DNA of 64,000 nucleotides from Escherichia coli (GTDB lineage Bacteria; Pseudomonadota; Gammaproteobacteria; Enterobacterales; Enterobacteriaceae): NCBI RefSeq assembly GCF_003334335.1, contig NZ_QOWQ01000016.1; one strand, 5' to 3'. Shown piece by piece: positions 1 to 11,578 of this stretch (position 1 is its first letter; each line of letters starts with the position of its first letter). The notes under the pieces were generated by a model. It saw only the letters and a program-made list of their open reading frames with translations, ran no database searches and was not told where the DNA came from. The position numbers and the translations under genes were made by a program.

Positions 1-448
1 CAACCCATATCTTGACCAGGTGCGTGAAATCGCGGCGAAAGAAGGTTCTGTTGTGGTTCCGGTTTGTGCTGCTGTTGAAGCAGACATTGCCGAACTGGAC
101 GACGAAGAACGTGACGAGTTTATGCAGGAGCTTGGGCTGGAAGAGCCGGGCCTGAACCGTGTGATCCGTGCCGGTTATAAACTGCTGAACCTGCAAACTT
201 ACTTCACCGCTGGGGTGAAAGAAGTGCGTGCATGGACCATTCCGGTTGGAGCAACCGCGCCGCAGGCAGCGGGCAAAATCCATACTGATTTTGAAAAAGG
301 CTTTATCCGTGCACAAACCATCTCGTTTGAAGATTTCATCACTTACAAAGGTGAACAAGGCGCGAAAGAAGCAGGCAAAATGCGTGCAGAAGGTAAAGAT
401 TACATCGTGAAAGATGGCGATGTGATGAACTTCCTTTTCAACGTCTAA
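1..448 (+). CDS. ychF: Ribosome-binding ATPase YchF, C-terminal part (5' end lies outside the window)
   Basis: ORF 20..448 translation matches the YchF C-terminal region and ends ...[11 protein letters not shown]; the frame stays open to the window edge. Confidence 0.9.
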
Positions 449-505
449 TTAATTTATTGTCTCATGAGGTTTCGCTAAATCTCATGAAGAGCGCAAAAGT
501 ATATA

Positions 506-531
506 AAATCCACGCAATTGCGTGGATTTTT
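506..531 (+). terminator. Rho-independent terminator after ychF
   Basis: Hairpin AAATCCACGCAATTGCGTGGATTTTT: GC-rich palindromic stem followed by a T-run. Confidence 0.7.
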
Positions 532-1216
532 CATTTCACCGAGTCCTAATCATTCTTGTAACATCCTACACTTTTGTGCTTATTGCCTATAGTGAACCAC
601 GAGAATAATTAAAGACATAAGTGTTCAGATGACGGATATCTCATTAGCAGTGATATAACGTAAGTTTTTGTATCACTACACATCAGCCCCCTTCACAGCT
701 GATCAAAATTGATCACGCTCCAATATGCTGGCAAGATGAAAATGATAACCAGTAGCACAATAACAACGATAGGCCAGAAAACCCATTGACCAAAAATGAA
801 TATCGATGTTTTTTGCTTTTTCTTATTAGTAATGCAAAAATGGCGCATATTGTTTTTGTTATGCAGATACATCAAGCGAAATTCCCATAACTAATTAGGA
901 TTATTACAAAAAATCTTCACCAAATTTTTTAACCGCTGTTTGTTGTAATATTTTTGCCATATTTATAGTAACGAATTGGAATAAGTAACGACAACTTAGG
1001 GAATAACTCGATATAAACTCACCTTTGTAAGGGGGATGTTAAATATATATTAATTCCTGTGTTCCTGATTTTGCCCGGTAATAGAGAATTATTCTCTGAG
1101 AAGCTCATCATGATTGCACCATACAAATATCATGATGATAAGAGGATATTATTCATTGATTTAAACAAAATGACAAAATCCATAGACCCATAGTCTGGGT
1201 ACTATATAGGAGTGGT

Positions 1217-4094
1217 ATGGGCATCAAACAACACAATGGGAATACCAAAGCAGATCGTCTCGCTGAATTAAAAATCCGTTCGCCCTCAATTCAACTGATA
1301 AAATTTGGCGCTATTGGTTTGAATGCAATTATCTTTTCCCCCCTGCTGATAGCTGCTGATAGCTGCTGATACAGGAAGTCAATATGGCACCAATATTACT
1401 ATTAATGATGGTGACAGAATTACAGGAGATACCGCCGATCCATCAGGAAACCTCTATGGTGTAATGACCCCAGCAGGAAACACGCCTGGCAATATCAACC
1501 TGGGTAATGATGTCACCGTCAATGTCAACGACGCCTCTGGATATGCAAAAGGAATCATTATTCAGGGCAAAAACAGCTCCCTGACAGCTAACCGACTCAC
1601 AGTAGATGTTGTTGGTCAAACCTCTGCCATCGGCATTAACTTAATTGGTGACTATACCCATGCTGACTTAGGCACAGGCAGCACCATTAAGAGTAACGAT
1701 GACGGCATCATTATTGGGCATAGCTCAACACTAACAGCCACTCAATTCACCATTGAAAACTCGAACGGTATAGGCCTAACCATCAATGACTATGGCACCA
1801 GTGTCGATCTTGGAAGCGGAAGTAAAATCACGACCGATGGAAGTACAGGTGTTTATATCGGTGGTCTCAACGGCAATAACGCCAATGGTGCTGCGCGTTT
1901 TACGGCTACAGACCTGACAATCGATGTTCAGGGCTACAGCGCCATGGGGATAAACGTACAGAAAAACTCTGTTGTCGATCTCGGAACAAACAGTACCATT
2001 AAAACCAATGGCGATAATGCTCACGGCCTCTGGAGCTTTGGCCAGGTTAGCGCGAATGCACTCACTGTTGATGTAACTGGAGCCGCGGCCAATGGCGTCG
2101 AAGTTCGTGGTGGTACAACCACTATCGGTGCAGATAGCCATATTTCTTCCGCGCAGGGCGGTGGCCTCGTCACCAGTGGTTCAGACGCGATAATCAATTT
2201 TACTGGCACGGCAGCGCAACGAAACAGCATCTTTTCCGGCGGTTCTTATGGTGCCTCGGCCCAGACGGCAACGGCTGTTGTCAACATGCAAAATACCGAT
2301 ATTACAGTTGATCGTAATGGCAGTCTGGCGCTGGGTTTGTGGGCTCTCAGCGGCGGTAGAATAACCGGAGACAGTTTGGCTATCACCGGCGCGGCAGGAG
2401 CCAGGGGAATTTATGCCATGACCAACAGCCAGATCGACCTCACGAGCGATCTGGTCATTGATATGAGTACACCCGACCAGATGGCCATCGCAACGCAACA
2501 TGACGATGGTTATGCCGCCAGCCGCATCAACGCCTCGGGTCGTATGCTTATCAACGGTAGCGTTCTTTCCAAAGGTGGGCTAATCAATCTGGATATGCAC
2601 CCTGGGTCGGTTTGGACAGGTTCCTCCCTCAGCGATAATGTCAATGGCGGAAAACTGGACGTTGCAATGAATAACAGCGTCTGGAACGTAACAAGTAATT
2701 CTAATCTCGACACGCTGGCGCTGAGCCATTCAACTGTCGATTTTGCCAGCCACGGGTCAACTGCCGGCACATTTGCCACATTAAACGTAGAGAACCTGAG
2801 CGGTAACAGTACCTTTATTATGCGTGCTGATGTTGTTGGCGAGGGTAATGGCGTTAATAATAAAGGGGATTTATTGAATATCAGCGGGAGTAGTGCTGGT
2901 AATCACGTATTGGCTATCCGCAACCAGGGCAGCGAGGCCACAACGGGAAATGAAGTTCTGACAGTGGTAAAAACCACTGACGGCGCGGCCTCGTTCAGCG
3001 CGTCTTCTCAGGTTGAGTTGGGGGGATATCTGTACGATGTGCGTAAAAATGGCACTAACTGGGAGCTTTACGCTTCCGGGACAGTTCCGGAACCGACTCC
3101 TAATCCTGAACCCACACCAGCTCCCGCTCAGCCTCCCATAGTCAACCCCGATCCTACGCCTGAACCCGCTCCCACGCCTAAACCCACCACGACCGCAGAT
3201 GCTGGCGGCAATTATCTCAATGTCGGTTACTTATTGAACTATGTTGAAAACCGTACGCTGATGCAACGGATGGGTGACCTGCGAAATCAGAGTAAAGACG
3301 GTAATATCTGGTTGCGCAGTTATGGGGGAAGCCTGGACTCCTTTGCCAGTGGCAAACTGAGCGGCTTTGACATGGGTTACAGCGGTATCCAGTTTGGTGG
3401 GGATAAACGTCTCTCTGATGTAATGCCGTTGTATGTCGGTCTGTATATTGGCTCAACACATGCATCGCCGGACTATAGCGGAGGCGACGGTACCGCACGT
3501 TCAGACTACATGGGAATGTACGCCAGTTACATGGCACAAAACGGTTTTTACAGCGATCTCGTTATAAAAGCATCGCGCCAGAAAAATAGTTTCCACATAC
3601 TGGACAGTCAGAACAACGGCGTTAACGCCAACGGCACTGCGAATGGAATGAGCATCTCCCTGGAAGCCGGGCAGAGGTTCAACCTGTCCCCTACTGGTTA
3701 TGGGTTCTATATAGAGCCGCAAACCCAGCTTACATACAGCCACCAGAATGAGATGACTATGAAGGCGAGTAATGGCCTCAATATACATCTGAATCACTAC
3801 GAATCGCTGCTGGGGCGTGCCAGCATGATACTGGGGTATGACATCACCGCAGGCAACAGCCAGCTGAATGTCTATGTGAAGACTGGCGCTATCCGCGAGT
3901 TTTCAGGGGATACCGAATATCTGTTGAACAACTCCCGGGAGAAGTACAGTTTCAAAGGTAATGGCTGGAATAACGGCGTGGGAGTCAGTGCACAGTATAA
4001 CAAACAGCACACATTCTATCTCGAAGCGGATTACACGCAGGGTAACCTCTTTGATCAGAAGCAAGTCAACGGAGGATATCGCTTCAGCTTTTAA
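1217..4094 (+). pseudogene. ycgV: AIDA-type adhesin autotransporter YcgV, split by a +10 bp frameshift in a tandem repeat (possibly phase-variable)
   Basis: ATG at 1217 with AGGAG Shine-Dalgarno at 1207-1211 opens a frame (MGIKQHNGNTKADRLAELKI...) that stops at 1367-1369 inside the repeat. The large ORF 1464..4094 (passenger, Pro-rich linker PEPTPNPEPTPAPAQPP, beta-barrel ending GGYRFSF) is in another frame. Removing one 10-bp unit fuses them into 955 aa, the K-12 YcgV length as I recall it. Confidence 0.7.
1343..1372 (+). repeat. 10-bp direct tandem repeat, 3 units (CTGCTGATAG x2, CTGCTGATAC x1)
   Basis: Read directly from the sequence; unit length is not a multiple of 3 and it sits inside the ycgV 5' coding region. 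Confidence 0.9.
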
Positions 4095-4193
4095 GTGCGG
4101 GATAGACAAGCCCTTAAACGATGCTGAAAATTGTTAGCGTGCGCCGGAATGAAATACAGATCACTCTGATGTATCAGAAATCGTTTCTGTCTT

Positions 4194-6113
4194 TCATACC
4201 CGGCGCTTAAACTGCCCTGCATCAATGCCATGTTGCTTCATTTTCCGCCACAGCGTAGTGCGGCCGATCCCAAGTAAAGCCGACATTTCCTGAATGCGAC
4301 CGCCTGTGACCTGGGCTGCGTTAATAATTGCCTCTTTTTCAACTTCCGCAAATGACAGACTGGTGGAAAGGCGGGTGGCGCTGACATCATCTGTCGCCTG
4401 CTCGGTAAACAGATGTTCCGGCAAATCACTGACGCGAATGCGCCCGTTATCACTACTCAGAGCAAGATTCTCGATGACGCTGTAAAGTTCAAAATCGTTG
4501 CCTGGCCATGCACAAGAAACCAGGCGAGCGAGGGCATCGTCATCAATTTTCAGCCGCGTAGAGAAGCGTTTTTCAAGACTGCGTAATTTGTTATTCACCA
4601 GCGCCGGAATGCTGCCACGCCGCATACGCAGAGGCGGGATGGTAATTTCAAATGCATGCAGCGCGTAATACAGCTGGCGACTAAAACGATTTTGTTCCAC
4701 CAGCATTGCGAGGTCCGCGGTCGTTGTTGCAATCACTTTGACATCAATTGGTATTAAACGCCGCGCATCCAGTCGCGTGATAACCCCCTGCTTGATAACC
4801 TGAAGCAAAGCAGACTGTAACTCCACCGCCAGATATTCAATCTTTTCAAGAAACAGCGTGCCGCCGTGTGCCAGCTCCAGCCGACTCAGACGGCCATTTT
4901 CATTGTCCGTGCGATCGCCACCAATAAATTCTTCCGCCAGCGCAGCATCACCATATAACTCACAATTGACGGCGATATAAGGACCTGCAGCACGCTCGCT
5001 TTCATTATGAATTGCCTGACTTAGCAGTGCCTTGCCCACGCCCTCTTCTCCACAAAGCAGGACAGGAAAGCTACTGCGCGCCGCCTGGCGACCAAAATGA
5101 ATCAAGCGGCGGGTTTGCGGATCGTCCTGTGGCATATGAGCGAAGGTATGGCTGACTTTTCCTAATTGACTGGTCATCAACTGCCGCATCTGTTCCACAG
5201 GATGGAGCAACAAAATAAAGCTGGTTCCCTGCGTTTCTATTATCGGTTTAAGGGTTATCACCGCATCAATAAACTGGTGCTGGCTTTCAAAGGTTGCTTC
5301 TACGTGTTTGAGCGGATGTGCCTGTTTTATTGCTTGTTGCAATACGGCGGGTAACGTTAAGAGTTCAGTGATTGCCCGTCCCTGACTTGCCGTCGCGTCA
5401 AGGCGCAAGACCCGCGCCGCCTGGGCATTAATAAATTGCAAATTACCCTGCTCGTCCCAGCTAATCACGCCATCATCCATACTTTCTAACAGGGCATTAA
5501 GTTGATTTAAATGACGGTTAGTTTCAGCGAGCAAACTGTCCGTCAGCAGTAAATTTCCGACCTCGCGGGCGATTGCCAACGTCAACGGCAAATCAGCTGC
5601 GGTAGTTTGCTCAACCGGACACGCCAGCGCTATTGTTCCCGTCAATCGGCCCTTGCTGTCAAACAACGGCGTTGCACAAAAGGCCCAGTTCCAGAGTACC
5701 TGTTTGAAATGTTGATCGGCCATCGTTTTCACGGCCTGACCAGAGATAGCCGCTAACGATAGCGCACAAGTACCAATAATTCCCTCGGCGCAATACGTGC
5801 CGTCATTGAATCCCAGTGCACTTAGCTGCTGCAAGGTTTGCGGATCGCCATTACGGCTGAGAATGCAGGCGGTTTCATCGAGGATAAACAGCGCACACTC
5901 TCGCGGTGCCATATATTCCCAGGCATCTTCCAGCGCAGCCTGCCCGAGCGTCAGCATCGCTTTCTTACGCCGATAAATAGAAGCAAATGTCACGCCCTGG
6001 GCCTGATGTGGTACGTTCCATGTCTCCCGTTTCATCAGCTTATTGCATCGCTCCCAGGAGGTTGCAATTAAGGGAGATATGCCCCGACCATCGTTGTTAA
6101 AAGCGCCACTCAT
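4194..6113 (-). CDS. dhaR: DhaR, sigma-70-type transcriptional activator of dhaKLM (AAA+ domain, C-terminal HTH)
   Basis: 642-aa ORF; start chosen at MSGAFNNDGRG to give 639 aa; AAA+ motifs (GEEGVGK) and a C-terminal HTH. Confidence 0.9.
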   Translation of the reverse strand: MSGAFNNDGRGISPLIATSWERCNKLMKRETWNVPHQAQGVTFASIYRRKKAMLTLGQAALEDAWEYMAPRECALFILDETACILSRNGDPQTLQQLSALGFNDGTYCAEGIIGTCALSLAAISGQAVKTMADQHFKQVLWNWAFCATPLFDSKGRLTGTIALACPVEQTTAADLPLTLAIAREVGNLLLTDSLLAETNRHLNQLNALLESMDDGVISWDEQGNLQFINAQAARVLRLDATASQGRAITELLTLPAVLQQAIKQAHPLKHVEATFESQHQFIDAVITLKPIIETQGTSFILLLHPVEQMRQLMTSQLGKVSHTFAHMPQDDPQTRRLIHFGRQAARSSFPVLLCGEEGVGKALLSQAIHNESERAAGPYIAVNCELYGDAALAEEFIGGDRTDNENGRLSRLELAHGGTLFLEKIEYLAVELQSALLQVIKQGVITRLDARRLIPIDVKVIATTTADLAMLVEQNRFSRQLYYALHAFEITIPPLRMRRGSIPALVNNKLRSLEKRFSTRLKIDDDALARLVSCAWPGNDFELYSVIENLALSSDNGRIRVSDLPEHLFTEQATDDVSATRLSTSLSFAEVEKEAIINAAQVTGGRIQEMSALLGIGRTTLWRKMKQHGIDAGQFKRRV

Positions 6114-6177
6114 ATCCCGCATCCCTTATGACAAAAGGTGTTCCGGCTCGCAATTTTAAGTATTAATACACGTAAAA

Positions 6178-6225
6178 GTTTCAATATGGAACATTCATTA
6201 AAGCATATGTTTCACTATGAAACAT
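6178..6225. promoter_or_regulatory. Two adjacent inverted repeats in the dhaR-dhaK divergent intergenic region (candidate DhaR operators)
   Basis: GTTTCA-ATA-TGGAAC (6178-6192) and ATGTTTCA-cta-TGAAACAT (6207-6225); related half-sites 30 bp apart between divergent genes. Confidence 0.35.
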
Positions 6226-6340
6226 AATTTGGGCTAATTTTCTTTTCCCTTGCCTGATGCACAATGGATTCATCGGCAGTCAGTGGTCGCCGTGTCGTTG
6301 AACATCATCCATGCCCTACCGTAATTGCTGGAGCAAAATA

Positions 6341-7411
6341 ATGAAAAAATTGATCAATGATGTGCAAGACGTACTGGACGAACAACTGGCAGGACTGGCG
6401 AAAGCGCATCCATCGCTGACACTGCATCAGGATCCGGTGTATGTCACCCGAGCTGATGCCCCTGTTGCAGGAAAAGTCGCCCTGCTGTCGGGTGGCGGCA
6501 GCGGACACGAGCCGATGCACTGTGGTTATATCGGTCAGGGGATGCTTTCGGGGGCCTGTCCGGGCGAAATTTTCACCTCACCGACGCCCGATAAAATCTT
6601 TGAATGCGCCATGCAAGTTGATGGCGGCGAAGGTGTACTGTTGATTATCAAAAATTACACCGGCGATATTCTTAACTTTGAAACAGCGACCGAGTTACTG
6701 CACGATAGCGGCGTAAAAGTGACCACTGTGGTCATTGATGACGACGTTGCGGTAAAAGACAGTCTTTATACTGCCGGGCGACGCGGCGTTGCCAACACCG
6801 TATTAATTGAAAAACTCGTAGGCGCAGCGGCGGAGCGTGGCGACTCACTGGACGCCTGTGCGGAACTGGGGCGTAAACTGAATAATCAAGGCCACTCAAT
6901 AGGTATCGCTCTCGGTGCCTGTACCGTTCCTGCCGCGGGCAAACCTTCTTTTACCCTGGCGGATAATGAGATGGAGTTTGGCGTCGGCATTCATGGTGAG
7001 CCGGGTATTGACCGCCGCCCCTTCTCTTCCCTTGATCAAACCGTCGATGAAATGTTCGACACCCTGCTGGTAAATGGCTCATACCATCGCACTTTGCGTT
7101 TCTGGGATTATCAACAAGGCAGTTGGCAGGAAGAACAACAAACCAAACAACCGCTCCAGTCTGGCGATCGGGTGATTGCGCTGGTTAACAATCTTGGCGC
7201 AACTCCGCTTTCTGAGCTGTACGGCGTCTATAACCGCCTGACCACACGTTGCCAGCAAGCGGGATTGACTATCGAACGTAATTTAATTGGCGCGTACTGC
7301 ACCTCACTGGATATGACCGGTTTCTCAATCACCTTACTGAAAGTTGATGACGAAACGCTGGCACTCTGGGACGCCCCGGTCCACACCCCGGCCCTTAACT
7401 GGGGTAAATAA
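6341..7411 (+). CDS. dhaK: Dihydroxyacetone kinase subunit DhaK
   Basis: ORF 6311..7411; start chosen at MKKLINDVQD to give 356 aa; Dak1 domain. Confidence 0.9.
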   Translation: MKKLINDVQDVLDEQLAGLAKAHPSLTLHQDPVYVTRADAPVAGKVALLSGGGSGHEPMHCGYIGQGMLSGACPGEIFTSPTPDKIFECAMQVDGGEGVLLIIKNYTGDILNFETATELLHDSGVKVTTVVIDDDVAVKDSLYTAGRRGVANTVLIEKLVGAAAERGDSLDACAELGRKLNNQGHSIGIALGACTVPAAGKPSFTLADNEMEFGVGIHGEPGIDRRPFSSLDQTVDEMFDTLLVNGSYHRTLRFWDYQQGSWQEEQQTKQPLQSGDRVIALVNNLGATPLSELYGVYNRLTTRCQQAGLTIERNLIGAYCTSLDMTGFSITLLKVDDETLALWDAPVHTPALNWGK

Positions 7412-7421
7412 GGAGAAAGCA

Positions 7422-8054
7422 ATGTCACTGAGCAGAACTCAAATTGTTAACTGGCTCACTCGTTGTGGCGATATTTTCAGCACCGAGAGCGAGTATCTTA
7501 CCGGACTGGATCGCGAAATTGGCGATGCTGACCACGGGCTAAATATGAACCGAGGCTTTAGCAAAGTGGTGGAAAAACTCCCTGCTATCGCAGATAAAGA
7601 TATCGGTTTCATTCTCAAGAATACCGGTATGACGCTGCTTTCCAGCGTCGGTGGTGCCAGTGGTCCGCTGTTCGGTACCTTCTTTATCCGCGCCGCACAG
7701 GCGACCCAGGCACGGCAAAGCCTGACACTGGAAGAGCTTTATCAGATGTTCCGCGATGGCGCGGACGGCGTAATCAGTCGCGGGAAAGCCGAACCTGGCG
7801 ATAAAACCATGTGTGATGTGTGGGTGCCGGTGGTGGAATCGTTACGTCAGTCCAGCGAGCAAAATCTCTCTGTTCCGGTGGCGCTCGAAGCTGCCAGTAG
7901 CATCGCCGAATCCGCTGCACAAAGTACGATTACGATGCAAGCCCGCAAAGGCCGCGCCAGTTATCTCGGTGAACGCAGTATTGGTCACCAGGATCCCGGC
8001 GCGACCTCGGTGATGTTTATGATGCAAATGTTGGCGTTAGCCGCAAAAGAGTAA
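7422..8054 (+). CDS. dhaL: Dihydroxyacetone kinase ADP-binding subunit DhaL
   Basis: Start at MSLSRTQIVNW gives 210 aa; Dak2 domain; follows dhaK in the operon. Confidence 0.9.
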   Translation: MSLSRTQIVNWLTRCGDIFSTESEYLTGLDREIGDADHGLNMNRGFSKVVEKLPAIADKDIGFILKNTGMTLLSSVGGASGPLFGTFFIRAAQATQARQSLTLEELYQMFRDGADGVISRGKAEPGDKTMCDVWVPVVESLRQSSEQNLSVPVALEAASSIAESAAQSTITMQARKGRASYLGERSIGHQDPGATSVMFMMQMLALAAKE

Positions 8055-8064
8055 GGAATTGGTG

Positions 8065-9483
8065 ATGGTAAACCTGGTCATAGTTTCACATAGCAGCCGA
8101 CTGGGAGAAGGTGTCGGTGAATTAGCCCGTCAGATGTTAATGAGTGATAGTTGTAAAATCGCCATTGCCGCGGGAATTGACGATCCACAAAATCCCATTG
8201 GTACCGATGCCGTCAAAGTGATGGAGGCCATCGAATCTGTTGCTGATGCCGACCATGTGCTGGTCATGATGGATATGGGTAGCGCATTATTGAGTGCTGA
8301 AACTGCGCTGGAATTGCTGGCTCCCGAGATCGCCGCAAAAGTACGTTTGTGTGCTGCGCCGTTGGTCGAAGGTACACTGGCAGCAACGGTCAGCGCGGCC
8401 TCGGGGGCGGATATCGACAAAGTTATCTTTGACGCCATGCATGCGCTGGAAGCCAAACGTGAACAACTGGGTTTACCGTCCTCCGACACTGAAATCTCTG
8501 ACACATGTCCTGCGTACGATGAAGAAGCCCGTTCTCTGGCGGTGGTCATAAAAAACCGTAACGGCCTGCATGTACGTCCGGCCTCCCGGCTGGTTTATAC
8601 CTTATCGACATTTAATGCCGATATGTTGCTGGAAAAAAACGGCAAATGCGTCACACCAGAGAGTATTAACCAGATTGCGTTACTACAAGTTCGCTATAAC
8701 GATACGCTGCGCCTGATTGCGAAAGGGCCAGAAGCTGAAGAGGCACTGATCGCTTTCCGTCAGCTGGCTGAAGATAACTTTGGTGAAACGGAGGAAGTCG
8801 CTCCACCTACTCTGCGTCCCGTTCCGCCTGTTTCGGGTAAAGCCTTTTATTATCAACCAGTTTTATGTACGGTACAGGCAAAATCAACCCTGACCGTGGA
8901 AGAAGAACAAGATCGATTACGCCAGGCTATTGACTTCACGTTATTAGATCTGATGACGTTAACAGCGAAAGCAGAAGCCAGCGGGCTTGACGATATTGCC
9001 GCAATCTTTTCTGGTCACCATACACTGTTAGATGATCCGGAACTGCTGGCGGCGGCAAGCGAACTCCTTCAGCATGAACATTGCACGGCAGAATATGCCT
9101 GGCAGCAAGTTCTTAAAGAACTTAGCCAGCAATACCAGCAACTGGATGATGAATATCTACAAGCTCGCTATATTGATGTGGACGATCTTCTGCATCGCAC
9201 CCTGGTCCACCTGACCCAAACGAAAGAAGAACTCCCGCAGTTTAACTCGCCAACTATTCTACTGGCGGAGAACATTTATCCTTCCACAGTACTGCAACTG
9301 GATCCGGCGGTTGTAAAAGGTATCTGCCTTAGCGCCGGAAGTCCGGTATCCCACAGCGCCCTAATCGCCCGTGAACTGGGGATTGGCTGGATTTGCCAGC
9401 AGGGTGAGAAACTGTATGCGATACAACCAGAAGAAACGCTAACGCTGGACGTTAAAACGCAACGTTTCAACCGTCAGGGTTAA
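8065..9483 (+). CDS. dhaM: PTS-dependent dihydroxyacetone kinase phosphotransferase subunit DhaM (EIIA-like, HPr-like and EI-like domains)
   Basis: 472 aa from MVNLVIVSHSS; HPr-like motif region (NRNGLHVRPAS). Confidence 0.9.
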   Translation: MVNLVIVSHSSRLGEGVGELARQMLMSDSCKIAIAAGIDDPQNPIGTDAVKVMEAIESVADADHVLVMMDMGSALLSAETALELLAPEIAAKVRLCAAPLVEGTLAATVSAASGADIDKVIFDAMHALEAKREQLGLPSSDTEISDTCPAYDEEARSLAVVIKNRNGLHVRPASRLVYTLSTFNADMLLEKNGKCVTPESINQIALLQVRYNDTLRLIAKGPEAEEALIAFRQLAEDNFGETEEVAPPTLRPVPPVSGKAFYYQPVLCTVQAKSTLTVEEEQDRLRQAIDFTLLDLMTLTAKAEASGLDDIAAIFSGHHTLLDDPELLAAASELLQHEHCTAEYAWQQVLKELSQQYQQLDDEYLQARYIDVDDLLHRTLVHLTQTKEELPQFNSPTILLAENIYPSTVLQLDPAVVKGICLSAGSPVSHSALIARELGIGWICQQGEKLYAIQPEETLTLDVKTQRFNRQG

Positions 9484-9802
9484 GCCACTGTTCGGATGGC
9501 ATCGTTCTGATGTCATCCGGCAATTTACTCAGCACTAATGGTTTTTAACTACCTGTTATATTTTTCACCAATTTATGATGATTTTTCTTCGCTAATCACG
9601 AACCCAACGCCGCTGGCTGGCTAATAAACAGACGTTATTTGATCACTCTATTTCGCCGTTATTTATCCCTTTAATTCCCTTTTCTAAAATGCCTGACAGT
9701 TCGCAGAATGAGATTTCGATCATGCAGCTAGTGCGATCCTGAACTAAGGTTTTCTGATACTTGAATACCGTTTTATTCGGTTTCGCCAAAGGAGAATGAT
9801 TG

Positions 9803-11500
9803 ATGAAATCCCCCGCACCTTCTCGCCCGCAAAAAATGGCGTTAATTCCAGCCTGTATCTTTTTGTGTTTCGCTGCGCTATCGGTGCAGGCAGAAGAAAC
9901 ACCGGTAACACCACAGCCGCCTGATATTTTATTAGGGCCGCTGTTTAATGATGTGCAAAACGCCAAACTTTTTCCGGACCAAAAAACCTTTGCCGATGCC
10001 GTGCCGAACAGCGATCCGCTGATGATCCTTGCTGATTATCGGATGCAGCAAAACCAGAGCGGATTTGATCTGCGCCATTTCGTTAACGTCAATTTCACCC
10101 TGCCGAAAGAAGGCGAGAAATATGTTCCGCCAGAGGGGCAGTCACTGCGCGAACATATTGACGGACTTTGGCCGGTATTAACGCGTTCTACCGAAAACAC
10201 CGAAAAATGGGATTCTCTGTTACCGCTGCCGGAACCTTATGTCGTGCCGGGCGGACGCTTTCGCGAGGTATATTACTGGGACAGTTACTTCACCATGTTA
10301 GGACTTGCCGAAAGCGGTCACTGGGATAAAGTCGCGAATATGGTGGCCAATTTTGCTCATGAAATAGACACTTACGGTCATATTCCCAACGGCAACCGCA
10401 GTTACTATTTAAGCCGCTCGCAACCGCCCTTCTTTGCCCTGATGGTAGAGTTACTGGCGCAGCATGAAGGCGATGCCGCGTTGAAGCAATACCTGCCGCA
10501 AATGCAAAAAGAATATGCTTACTGGATGGACGGTGTTGAAAACCTGCAAGCCGGACAACAGGAAAAACGCGTTGTCAAACTTCAGGATGGTACCCTTCTC
10601 AACCGCTACTGGGACGATCGCGATACGCCACGACCAGAGTCATGGGTGGAAGATATTGCCACCGCCAAAAGCAATCCGAATCGACCTGCCACTGAAATTT
10701 ACCGCGACCTGCGCTCTGCCGCTGCGTCTGGCTGGGATTTCAGCTCGCGCTGGATGGACAACCCGCAGCAGTTAAATACCTTACGCACCACCAGCATCGT
10801 ACCGGTCGATCTGAACAGCCTGATGTTTAAAATGGAAAAAATCCTCGCCCGCGCCAGCAAAGCTGCCGGAGATAACGCGATGGCAAACCAGTACGAAACG
10901 CTGGCAAATGCCCGTCAAAAAGGGATCGAAAAATACCTGTGGAACGATCAACAAGGCTGGTATGCCGATTACGACCTGAAAAGTCATAAAGTGCGCAATC
11001 AGTTAACCGCGGCCGCCCTGTTCCCGCTGTACGTCAATGCGGCAGCGAAAGATCGCGCCAACAAAATGGCGACGGCGACGAAAACACATCTGCTGCAACC
11101 CGGCGGCCTGAACACCACGTCGGTGAAAAGTGGGCAACAATGGGATGCGCCAAATGGCTGGGCACCGTTACAGTGGGTCGCGACAGAAGGATTACAAAAC
11201 TACGGGCAAAAAGAGGTGGCGATGGACATTAGCTGGCACTTCCTGACCAATGTTCAGCACACCTATGACCGGGAGAAAAAGCTGGTGGAAAAATATGATG
11301 TCAGCACCACCGGAACGGGGGGCGGCGGTGGCGAATATCCATTACAGGATGGCTTTGGCTGGACCAATGGCGTGACGCTGAAAATGCTGGATTTGATCTG
11401 CCCGAAAGAGCAACCGTGTGACAATGTTCCGGCGACGCGTCCGACCGTTAAGTCAGCAACGACGCAACCCTCAACCAAAGAGGCACAACCCACACCTTAA
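9803..11500 (+). CDS. treA: Periplasmic trehalase TreA
   Basis: 565 aa from [10 protein letters not shown]; signal peptide; glycoside hydrolase family 37 motifs. Confidence 0.9.
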   Translation: MKSPAPSRPQKMALIPACIFLCFAALSVQAEETPVTPQPPDILLGPLFNDVQNAKLFPDQKTFADAVPNSDPLMILADYRMQQNQSGFDLRHFVNVNFTLPKEGEKYVPPEGQSLREHIDGLWPVLTRSTENTEKWDSLLPLPEPYVVPGGRFREVYYWDSYFTMLGLAESGHWDKVANMVANFAHEIDTYGHIPNGNRSYYLSRSQPPFFALMVELLAQHEGDAALKQYLPQMQKEYAYWMDGVENLQAGQQEKRVVKLQDGTLLNRYWDDRDTPRPESWVEDIATAKSNPNRPATEIYRDLRSAAASGWDFSSRWMDNPQQLNTLRTTSIVPVDLNSLMFKMEKILARASKAAGDNAMANQYETLANARQKGIEKYLWNDQQGWYADYDLKSHKVRNQLTAAALFPLYVNAAAKDRANKMATATKTHLLQPGGLNTTSVKSGQQWDAPNGWAPLQWVATEGLQNYGQKEVAMDISWHFLTNVQHTYDREKKLVEKYDVSTTGTGGGGGEYPLQDGFGWTNGVTLKMLDLICPKEQPCDNVPATRPTVKSATTQPSTKEAQPTP

Positions 11501-11578
11501 CCAGCGCTTACTCCGACAACGTCATTCGGCTTCTCCGGATGGCGTTGTCGGCAGATAACACCATAGCTATGGTTTTTT

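Noticed and set aside
693-875. 60-aa minus-strand ORF with a hydrophobic segment in the ychF-ycgV intergenic region
   Set aside because: Very AT-rich, no convincing ribosome-binding site, and I recall no known gene here; could be a small membrane protein but the evidence is insufficient.
1343-1372. 10-bp tandem repeat considered as a CRISPR or mobile-element repeat
   Set aside because: Three short contiguous units inside a coding region with no spacers or cas genes; it is a microsatellite-like coding repeat.
3080-3190. Pro-rich repetitive segment in ycgV (PEPTPNPEPTPAPAQPPIVNPDPTPEPAPTP) considered as an independent repeat element
   Set aside because: It is the usual proline-rich linker between passenger and barrel in AIDA-type autotransporters, not a separate DNA element.
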